A stretch of 22,233 nucleotides of DNA. Origin: Armatimonadota bacterium (GTDB lineage: Bacteria > Armatimonadota > Hebobacteria > CAIYQO01). Below the pieces are notes generated by a model that did not search any database, was not told the DNA's origin, and saw only the letters and a program-made list of their open reading frames with translations. The translations under genes and the position numbers were made by a program. Below, in pieces: positions 1 through 6,909 of the stretch. Numbering within the stretch: position 1 is the first letter of the stretch; each line of letters starts with the position of its first letter. The stretch covers positions 1 to 22,233 of the forward strand of contig JBBRXO010000044.1 in NCBI GenBank assembly GCA_038248345.1, read 5' to 3'.

Positions 1-323
1 AGTCCCAACCGGGTACCCGGCACGAAGTGGCGCAACCCGTGGAAATATCCCACCATTTACCTCAGCGCGCTTTAGCGTGCTTGCCGCTGTTAGCCACCTC
101 CTTCAGGGGGTGGTGTTCGGTCTTTCCAGCGCCACCTTCGGGGCGGAGTATCATTTATAATGCCCCAATCCACGGGTTACGCGCCCGTATTCGTTACACT
201 CATATGGGCGCTTCACCCGTGGCTAAATTCCTTTGCCCTTTCAGGGCAATCCTCCTGGGAACGCCAATCTCCGCATTGGCGTCGGGGTCAAGCGCCAGGC
301 GGGTGATTGGCGTTCCCGGGGAG
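1..323. repeat. Mosaic of nested REP-like palindromes (BIME-like cluster, at least 3 families)
   Basis: Inverted pair GCGCAACCCGTGGA (30-43) / TCCACGGGTTACGC (169-182). Double hairpin at 64-115. Nested stem CCACGGGT (170-177)/ACCCGTGG (215-222) encloses GCGCCCGTAT/ATATGGGCGC. Hairpin TTGCCCT-TTC-AGGGCAA (233-249). Inverted arms GGGAACGCCAATC (257-269)/GATTGGCGTTCCC (305-317), with internal hairpin ACGCCAAT..ATTGGCGT (261-282). Confidence 0.8.
64..115 (+). repeat. 52-bp double-hairpin repeat, copy 1 (TTTA/TTCA loops)
   Basis: Ungapped 42/52 match to 4321-4372. Stems are AGCGCGC-TTTA-GCGTGCT and CCACCTCC-TTCA-GGGGGTGG. Confidence 0.9.
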
Positions 324-347
324 TATGCTACTGCGTAAAAACGGCAG

Positions 348-377
348 TTGCAGGCATTTCATCAAATCAAGTAGAAT
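348..377 (+). promoter_or_regulatory. Putative sigma70-type promoter of mreC
   Basis: TTGCAG (348-353), 18-bp spacer, TAGAAT (372-377). The ATG follows 9 nt later with no SD motif. Confidence 0.5.
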
Positions 378-386
378 AACCTCCAT

Positions 387-1175
387 ATGAAGAGCAAAAA
401 ACGTGGGAATCGAATTTTTTTACCGCTATCGTTGGGGATACTGTTGATTGGGCTGGCGCTGGCGCTGGGCTGGTGGCAGGCGCGGAGCCGTGCGGCGGGC
501 CAGCGCACCCCCGTGGAGCGCGTGCTGATGGAGTTCCTCACCCCCTCACTGCGCGCCGGGAAGGTAGTGCGTGACGCCACGCAGATCGTCAACCCGAATG
601 ACACCAGCGGGGCCGACAAATTGCCCCCCACGGTGAATACCCGGCTAGCGGAGCTGGAGGAGGAGAACCGACGCCTGACGCAACTGCTGGCGCTGCAGAG
701 CACGTTGCCCGCGGGGGCGCAGGCAGTGGAGGTTATCGGTGCCGGTTTTATCCCCGGCCAGGGTTTTATTATCCTGGGTAAGGGGGGCAAAGATGGGCTG
801 GAGGCCGGCATGGCCGCTGTCACTACCGATGGTGTGGTTGGGCAGGTGGTCAGCGTCACCCCCTCTACGGCAGAGGTATTGCCGCTCAACGACTCCGCCA
901 GCGGCATCGGCGCCATCACCACGCGCACCCGGGTTACCGGCGTGCTGAAAGGTTATCGTGGCGGCTTGTGCCAATTGGAATACCTGTCCGTTGATGCCGA
1001 CGTGAAAGAGGGCGACGAGCTGGTCACCTCCGGCCTGGGCAGGCATTTCCCCAAAGGATACCCGCTGGGCCGTGTGATATCGGTCAGCAAAGACCCCGCC
1101 CGCAGCGCGTTGGTGGCAATAGTGCAACCGGGAGTGGAAATAACAAAAGTGGATGGGGTGGTAGTGTTCAAATAA
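387..1175 (+). CDS. mreC: Rod shape-determining protein MreC
   Basis: 262 aa. N-terminal TM helix, coiled coil (LAELEEENRRLTQLL) and MreC signatures ILGKGGKDGLEAGMAAVTTDGVVGQV, DVKEGDELVTSGLGRHFPKGYPLGRV. Confidence 0.95.
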   Translation: MKSKKRGNRIFLPLSLGILLIGLALALGWWQARSRAAGQRTPVERVLMEFLTPSLRAGKVVRDATQIVNPNDTSGADKLPPTVNTRLAELEEENRRLTQLLALQSTLPAGAQAVEVIGAGFIPGQGFIILGKGGKDGLEAGMAAVTTDGVVGQVVSVTPSTAEVLPLNDSASGIGAITTRTRVTGVLKGYRGGLCQLEYLSVDADVKEGDELVTSGLGRHFPKGYPLGRVISVSKDPARSALVAIVQPGVEITKVDGVVVFK

Positions 1176-1254
1176 TCATGTACTGATAGTGGCGTTGCTG
1201 TGTTACACTGCTGTACCGGCACCCGTTAGAGTTTCAACGGCCAGGTGCGTAACA

Positions 1255-4170
1255 TTACCTGTTCTCGGCCAACACCGCCCGGGCATGACGGCTAAAGAGC
1301 GAACGCAGGTCGTTGCGGTAATTATCCAACGTTTCGCGCCCCAGGTTGTTGTAATCTCCACAACGGAATAGTGCGCGAGCGAGCATCACTTCACGTAGCG
1401 CCAATGCGCGGGCATTGTTATCGGTTGTACTGGTGAATTCGCGTTGCCAGGCAGTGCCGATATCTTTGATTTCATGCCCCATTACCCCCGGTTGACTGAG
1501 CAAGGTCGCCAGTGGTTTCATCGCGCTCTCGTCCCGGATACTCTCCAGGGCCAGTGCCACCGCCCGATAGTGCGAAAAGGCGTCATCCGGCCCCAGTTGT
1601 TTCATTTTTTTAAATATCGCGGGCAAGGCGCGTCCGTCTTTGGTGCGCCCCAGCGCCTGGATCAGTCCATCTACCGGGCTGACGGAGGAACCGAATTGCC
1701 CCATGGCGGTGTAATTCCACCCCTTGTCCCAGTTGCGCGACTCCAGCTCTTCTATGAGGGTAATAACCCCGGTGCCGTCGCCCATCACCGCCAGCGTTTT
1801 GGCATAGCCCAATCTTTCACCTGCGGATGTTGCGTTTGCATAGCCATCGCGAAGCAGGGGCAGGGCTCGGGTGGTGTTGGCGAGTAAGATGGCCACGTCA
1901 CTGTTCTCATTGCCCGCCTGCGCAACGGCCGCCAGCAGCCGCGCATCACTGACGGACGAGTTATCCTGCCAGAACAGGATCGCGGCGGGCAGGCAACCGA
2001 TGGCCACCAGATGCCGTTGCAGCAGGCGTATATCCAGGTTACGCGGGGTGCACGCCGCTTGTGCGCTCAAGGCTGCGGCCACCCCGGCGGCATAGCCCTG
2101 GTTCTGCATATCCGGTTGCATACGAATAACCGGCATTGCATCGCGTTTAGCGCTGATGCCCAGACCGGTCACTAATATCCCCTCCAGGCCACGCGGGAGC
2201 AGGCAACGATAGGGGATATACGAGCGGAGTAAGTTGGTATGGCCCTTCGGGTTTTCTAACAGGAAATATGGGTCAACCGTGTACCCATGGGTATCAAACG
2301 GGGCGTTAGCTTGTGAGATTACATCAGGATATTTACGTCCGGTCACTTGATCCAGCACGGAAATAGTGAAATCACCGACAATGCGCCGCCGCTCGCGCGT
2401 GTCGATTAGTTGCCCGATATCGAAGCTATTCGGGTAGTTTTTCTTCGCTGTCACCAGCATTTGCCAGCTATCCAGCAGATCGGTATCATCCACCAGGGCA
2501 TAGTCGGTGTTCATCTCCACTGGGTGGACGCCGAACCCGGGCAACCCCGCCCCCTGGACGGCGATATCACTACTGTCGAAAAAGATGCTCGCGGCCCCCG
2601 CCGCCGTGGCGATGTCGGCGCTCCCCGTGGAATCAATCACCACCCTGGCGCGTACAATGTAGCGCCCCTGCGGAGTGGAGACAATCACGCCCGTCACCCG
2701 GCCATTTTCCACCAGCGCGCCACATCCCTGCACGCCAAACCAGATGTCCGCCCCGCTCTTGTGCAGGGCAGTGCGCCACCATTCCATCTTCTGCGAGATA
2801 TCCCAGCGTCGCCCGGGCGGTGGGACTTCAGCGGTAAAACCAGTGACGTTGCCGTAGTAATAGCTGGCGATCCCCCCCTGGGTGCCAACGCCGCCCAGCC
2901 CGTAGAGCGCCTCAACTACCAGGGTACGCGCCCCCTGGCGCGCGGCGCCGATCCCCGCCGGGCACCCACTGACGCCGCCGCCGATGACTACCACGTCATA
3001 ATCGGCCAACACCGCTACCGAGTGCCCCTGAATGTCGATGCCAGACTGGACTTTCTCCACCGAGCGGAAATTTTCCGGCTCGCGGGTGTCGCCTTTGACG
3101 GTGGTGACATGGTTGACGCTCGTTAAACCGACTTCCTGCAACCCCGAGCGTTTCTTCGCGGTCTCCGCCGCGGCCGTGCCGATGCGGGCGCCGAAAGCAA
3201 TTAGGTTTAGCGGGCGCAGCACCTGTGCCGCCCAGTCACGCGGCACATCAAGACAACCGCCGAGGATATACAAGTAAGGTGTCTCGGAGCTGGCAGTCAG
3301 TGGGATACTAGCAACGCCGGGCCACTTGTTACCTTGAGAATTACTCGTGATGAGTCTGTTTATGAAATGATCAGGGGGGACGCTGAAGAGGGTATCCGCC
3401 GCTCGGGCTTGTTTATCATTGTAGGTGAGGTCGCGCGCCCTCTGCTCGGCGTCATTCAGCGCGAGATAAGAGCTGTCGGGCAGCGATAATCTCAGGGTAT
3501 ACTCGATGAGCTGGTATTTCTCCGCCCCTTCTGTTAGTTGTTGAGGCAGCACGCGCGCGCTGATATCCTTCCCTTTTTTAATTTCACCCCCGACAACTAT
3601 ACGGGTGAAGGTACGGGTAGACGGGTATTGGGGTTCGTAGAAGCGAATCCCCGCTTGCCGCGCAACCCAGGCATTATCAGTCGCATCAATGATTACCTTG
3701 GCCACTACCGCCTGTCGTCCGCTGCGGTTCGTCATCACAATGCCCGTCGGGTCGCCGCCCGCGTCGCGCAGGATGTCCACCGCTGTGCAGCTGAAGCGGT
3801 ACTGCACCCCGGCGGTCAGCAGCGCGTCATCCAGCGCTTTCTTTACCGTCAGCGGAGTGGTGAGGTTACCACCAGGGAAGAGCGCGCGGCCCAGGTCAGA
3901 GGCGGGCACCTCGCCTGGCTCCAGCCATAGCCGCAACGTACCCGCCATATCTTCGCCCAGGTACGGTCGTGGGGCGGCGAGGAATACGCTAGCGCCCGCG
4001 CGCGTCGCCGCCTGCGCCGCGGCCACCGCGCCGGTGCTGCCACCCACCACCACCACGTCCACGGTAGCGGCCACCGGCAAGTTGCGCGCATCCTCCCAGG
4101 CATAATCAGTCGCCCAGATACTCGCGACACCCAGCAACAATATTATGATCAGTAGAGATATTCTGTTCAT
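1255..4170 (-). CDS. Exported FAD-dependent oxidoreductase with two tandem FAD_oxidored (PF12831-like) domains and a C-terminal HEAT-like helical region
   Basis: N-terminal signal-like segment MNRISLLIIILLLGVASIWA. Rossmann motifs DVVVVGGSTGAVAAA and DVVVIGGGVSGCPAG. Motifs AKVIIDATDNA, ARVVIDSTGSAD, RERRRIVGDF and YIPYRCLLPRGLEGILVTG. HEAT-like ALGRTKDGRALPAI and ALESIRDESAMKPL. Alternative GTG start at 4173. Confidence 0.88.
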   Translation of the reverse strand: MNRISLLIIILLLGVASIWATDYAWEDARNLPVAATVDVVVVGGSTGAVAAAQAATRAGASVFLAAPRPYLGEDMAGTLRLWLEPGEVPASDLGRALFPGGNLTTPLTVKKALDDALLTAGVQYRFSCTAVDILRDAGGDPTGIVMTNRSGRQAVVAKVIIDATDNAWVARQAGIRFYEPQYPSTRTFTRIVVGGEIKKGKDISARVLPQQLTEGAEKYQLIEYTLRLSLPDSSYLALNDAEQRARDLTYNDKQARAADTLFSVPPDHFINRLITSNSQGNKWPGVASIPLTASSETPYLYILGGCLDVPRDWAAQVLRPLNLIAFGARIGTAAAETAKKRSGLQEVGLTSVNHVTTVKGDTREPENFRSVEKVQSGIDIQGHSVAVLADYDVVVIGGGVSGCPAGIGAARQGARTLVVEALYGLGGVGTQGGIASYYYGNVTGFTAEVPPPGRRWDISQKMEWWRTALHKSGADIWFGVQGCGALVENGRVTGVIVSTPQGRYIVRARVVIDSTGSADIATAAGAASIFFDSSDIAVQGAGLPGFGVHPVEMNTDYALVDDTDLLDSWQMLVTAKKNYPNSFDIGQLIDTRERRRIVGDFTISVLDQVTGRKYPDVISQANAPFDTHGYTVDPYFLLENPKGHTNLLRSYIPYRCLLPRGLEGILVTGLGISAKRDAMPVIRMQPDMQNQGYAAGVAAALSAQAACTPRNLDIRLLQRHLVAIGCLPAAILFWQDNSSVSDARLLAAVAQAGNENSDVAILLANTTRALPLLRDGYANATSAGERLGYAKTLAVMGDGTGVITLIEELESRNWDKGWNYTAMGQFGSSVSPVDGLIQALGRTKDGRALPAIFKKMKQLGPDDAFSHYRAVALALESIRDESAMKPLATLLSQPGVMGHEIKDIGTAWQREFTSTTDNNARALALREVMLARALFRCGDYNNLGRETLDNYRNDLRSLFSRHARAVLAENR

Positions 4171-4178
4171 CACTTACC

Positions 4179-4187
4179 ATTTTAGCA
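4179..4187 (-). promoter_or_regulatory. Putative extended -10 promoter (TGcTAAAAT) of the oxidoreductase gene
   Basis: Minus strand reads TGC-TAAAAT-GGTAA-GTG-ATG. No SD motif. Confidence 0.55.
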
Positions 4188-4320
4188 AAAAAAGTGGGTT
4201 TGATTGTAGGAAATGTCATAAAATCATCGATAAAACGTAAAAAAGTCTAAAAAAATCCCTAATGTGAGCTTAGTCCATGAGAAAGGGCAGATAGAGGAAG
4301 CTCTTATCGAATCGAATAAT

Positions 4321-4372
4321 AGCGCCCTTCAGGGTGCTTGCAGTTGTTAGCCACGTGCTTTAGCGCGTGGTG
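4321..4372 (+). repeat. 52-bp double-hairpin repeat, copy 2
   Basis: Stems are AGCGCCC-TTCA-GGGTGCT and CCACGTGC-TTTA-GCGCGTGG. Lies 24 bp downstream of the tRNA 3' end. Confidence 0.9.
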
Positions 4373-4396
4373 AAGCAAGCTCAATATGCAGAAGAA

Positions 4397-4481
4397 TGGT
4401 GGGCAAGGGGGGACTCGAACCCCCAATCCTTGCGGAACCAGATCCTAAGTCTGGCGCGTCTGCCAATTTCGCCACTCGCCC
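4397..4481 (-). tRNA. trnL: tRNA-Leu (anticodon TAG), 85 nt, encoded CCA
   Basis: Acceptor stem GGGCGAG/CTTGCCC, discriminator A plus CCA. D arm TGGCGAAATTGGCAGACGC. Anticodon arm CCAGA-CT-TAG-GA-TCTGG. Long variable arm. T arm GGGGG-TTCGAGT-CCCCC. Confidence 0.98.
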
Positions 4482-4490
4482 ACATTGTTT

Positions 4491-4519
4491 AGGGTAACAT
4501 AGGCGTGATATTGCGTCAA
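4491..4519 (-). promoter_or_regulatory. Sigma70-type promoter of tRNA-Leu
   Basis: Minus strand TTGACG (4519-4514), 17-bp spacer ending TGT, TACCCT (4496-4491), then 9 nt to the mature 5' end. Confidence 0.7.
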
Positions 4520-4535
4520 GAGTAAGACGCCCCCG

Positions 4536-5504
4536 TTACCCCGATTCATTCACCTGCTCAAAGGGGATATCCCGCGTAAAATCCGGTTGATAATATTCCG
4601 CTGCACCGTCGAGTTCCTGCGACCAGCCATTTTTCAGGCCGGCTTCGGCAAAGTCGTCCAGGGCGTCTTCGTATTCGGCGACGGTGAGTGGGCGCGCCAG
4701 TTCGGGGAATTCCCCGGCGCGGTGGGTGGGGTAGTACTGGGCCATCAGGCTCACAGTGATATCGGGCGATACCTCCTCCGCCAGGCGGCGCAGTGCCACA
4801 CGGGAGCCTGCCAGGTGGTGCGGGAGCACCAGGTGACGCACGATAACACCGCGGGTGGCGATGCCGTCGTCATTTATCTGCAGCGTACCCACCTGGCGGA
4901 ACATCTCTTTGATGGCGCTGATCGCTATATCCGGGTAGTCTGGGACGGCGGAGTAGCGCGCGGCGGTGCCAGCATCGGCATATTTCAGGTCAGGCAGGTA
5001 GATATCCACAATGCCCTCCAATAGCTGCAGCGTGGCCAGCTCCTCGTAGCCGTTACTGTTGTACACCACTGGCAACCGCAGGCCGTTATCCCGGGCTATG
5101 ACCAGCGCCTCTACCAGTTGCGACACCAGATGGGTGGGCGAGACCCAGTCGAGATTATGACACTCCTGCGCCTGCAGTGCCAGGAAGAGATCCGCCAGTT
5201 GTTCTTTGTCGCACGCTGGATAAGCGGAGATATCCCCCTGGCTGATCTGGTGGTTCTGGCAGTAGACGCATTGCAGATTGCACCCCGACAGGAAGACGGT
5301 GCCCGCCCCGCCGGTGCCGCTCAGGCAGGGTTCCTCGCCGTGGTGGGCACAGCTGCTGGCCACCCGTGCCTGCGCCCCGCTACGGCACCGCCCCAGCTCG
5401 CCCGCCAGCCGATTTACCCGGCAGCGGTGGGGGCAGAGCGTGCAGGCGCGCAACATCTCGCGCAGGATAATCGCGCGCTCCGCCAACGTTTCTGCTGTTA
5501 TCAT
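4536..5504 (-). CDS. pflX: PflX-family (COG1313-like) radical SAM Fe-S protein
   Basis: 322 aa. N-terminal CTLCPHRCRVNR..G.CR, HHGEEPCLSG.GGAGTVFLSG, radical SAM motif CNLQCVYC, and family motifs VYNSNGYE, DIYLPDLKY, VIVRHLVLP, SLMAQYYP. Confidence 0.9.
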   Translation of the reverse strand: MITAETLAERAIILREMLRACTLCPHRCRVNRLAGELGRCRSGAQARVASSCAHHGEEPCLSGTGGAGTVFLSGCNLQCVYCQNHQISQGDISAYPACDKEQLADLFLALQAQECHNLDWVSPTHLVSQLVEALVIARDNGLRLPVVYNSNGYEELATLQLLEGIVDIYLPDLKYADAGTAARYSAVPDYPDIAISAIKEMFRQVGTLQINDDGIATRGVIVRHLVLPHHLAGSRVALRRLAEEVSPDITVSLMAQYYPTHRAGEFPELARPLTVAEYEDALDDFAEAGLKNGWSQELDGAAEYYQPDFTRDIPFEQVNESG

Positions 5505-5510
5505 GCGGCC

Positions 5511-5539
5511 ATTTTACCCGATTATTCCCCGTTTGTTAA
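5511..5539 (-). promoter_or_regulatory. Near-consensus sigma70 promoter of pflX, predicted leaderless transcript
   Basis: Minus strand TTAACA (5539-5534), 17 bp, TAAAAT (5516-5511), 6 nt, ATG. Confidence 0.7.
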
Positions 5540-5754
5540 TTATTTCCCACAATGAGAAGGTGTTTAGGGATATTATGGCGAAAAATAATCAGTTATCCTT
5601 GTCACTATACGGATGCGAGGGTGGCTTTATTGTGAATTACCGACAATTAGACGATTAGTAGAGGGTGAAAGTGGATACAATAGAGAAGTCATGCTCAAAT
5701 GAGAATATTGAGAGTCCACTTCCTGAATTATTGAATGAGCGGGTAGGCTTAACA

Positions 5755-6909
5755 ATGCTACTTAAAAAATCTGCTGGATTTACGGTGATAGAGTTACTCG
5801 TCTTCATTGCAATCATTGCATTGCTGTCGGCGATTCTCATTCCAGTATTCAGCAAGATGCATTTTCAGACAGAGCGCTCCTCCTGTATCAATAACCTGCG
5901 CGAGATCGGCGTGGCGCTGGGGCAGTATCACGATGATTATGGCAAATACCCGGCGCAACCTACCGGAAAATACCTGAATCCCACGGCGATGTCCAAATTT
6001 GATCAGACACAGATGCCCTTTGATATTCTCCCCGCTGGAGTCGGTGACGTCAGACCGGGGACGACAGACGTGGGTAGAATGCGGGTAACAAGCACAGCAA
6101 CCCAGCCGGGGCATTATATAGTCAAAGTCTCAACCGATTCGGTTACTTCATCAGTGACCAATGTGATGACCTCCCCGGATAATGGGTCTACCTGGTCGGG
6201 CGAGATGCCGATGTACAATTACACAACAGCCACTATCACCGCGGCGGATATGCTGACGGTGCCGATTGACTCCCAGGGCAAGGTGAATGCTACCTTTGCG
6301 CCCCCCCCCCCTAATTATGTCGGTGAAAATAGCGGCGCTAACCTCAATTATGACCGGTGGAATTTTGTCACTGGTGTTGATACCGTAGGTATGGACAACT
6401 ATGGCCTTGAAACTATGTACCGACTATACTTGAATGATAAGAAAGATTTTCTGCGTAGTGCAAACAAGCTTCACTGCCCGTCCGCACGGGATACCGAGAG
6501 ACTCGACCAGATGACACTCTGGAATAAGCTGACACCCATTGAGGCAAAAGGGTTCCGTTATGACCCGTTGCTGGGTGGGTATAACACCTATGATGTTACG
6601 TACAATTATAACCAGTACAATCAGAAGATCCTCGATTTCGAGACGGCGCTGGGGCCAGCGGCGGCGGGGCTGTATATTAAACGGCAATTGAGCAATCTGC
6701 ACCCACCCGCGGATACCGTGGTATGTTTCTGTTTTGCCCATCGTACCTTCGGGACGTTGCCGGATATACTACCCAAATTTGGCGAGATGGACTTGGTGCT
6801 TTGGCTCGATGGGTCGGTGGAAGTGATGAAGCCGTACAATGTAGTGGGCGCGAGTGGCGAGGTGCAGGTGCCAACCTGCCTGTATTCACGTGGCGCAGGA
6901 ATCAAATGA
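5755..6909 (+). CDS. Type IV prepilin-like protein, DUF1559/H-X9-DG-like family (384 aa)
   Basis: Class III signal KKSAG|FTVIELLVFIAIIALLSAILIPVF (E5 present), then SCINNLREIGVALGQYHDDY, LHCP and C-terminal AH...DLVLWLDGSV. ATG 5755 is preferred over GTG 5665 because it gives a short basic leader. Confidence 0.88.
   Translation: MLLKKSAGFTVIELLVFIAIIALLSAILIPVFSKMHFQTERSSCINNLREIGVALGQYHDDYGKYPAQPTGKYLNPTAMSKFDQTQMPFDILPAGVGDVRPGTTDVGRMRVTSTATQPGHYIVKVSTDSVTSSVTNVMTSPDNGSTWSGEMPMYNYTTATITAADMLTVPIDSQGKVNATFAPPPPNYVGENSGANLNYDRWNFVTGVDTVGMDNYGLETMYRLYLNDKKDFLRSANKLHCPSARDTERLDQMTLWNKLTPIEAKGFRYDPLLGGYNTYDVTYNYNQYNQKILDFETALGPAAAGLYIKRQLSNLHPPADTVVCFCFAHRTFGTLPDILPKFGEMDLVLWLDGSVEVMKPYNVVGASGEVQVPTCLYSRGAGIK
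6301..6311 (+). repeat. C11 homopolymer inside the pilin-like CDS (in frame, encodes PPPP)
   Basis: GCG CCC CCC CCC CCT. Confidence 0.95.

Noticed and set aside
27..338. 103-aa ORF on the + strand
   Set aside because: Lies entirely within the palindromic repeat mosaic and has no protein motif.
1201..1255. Imperfect stem (TGTTAC..GCACC..CGTT/AACG..GGTGC..GTAACA) between the convergent genes as a terminator
   Set aside because: Heavily bulged with no U tract on either strand; too weak to call.
4397..4481. tRNA-Leu 3' end as an island or prophage attachment site
   Set aside because: No integrase gene and no duplicate of the tRNA 3' end noticed in the window.
5648..5681. TACAAT (5676-5681) as the pilin-operon promoter
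   Set aside because: No properly spaced -35 or TGn extension; plausible but unsupported.
5665..5754. GTG-initiated N-terminal extension of the first pilin
   Set aside because: ATG 5755 gives the usual short basic leader before G|F; the extension is acidic and atypical.
6723..6905. 61-aa upstream extension of the PilV-like ORF
   Set aside because: Overlaps the conserved C-terminus of the previous gene; the ATGA overlap at 6906 is a better start.
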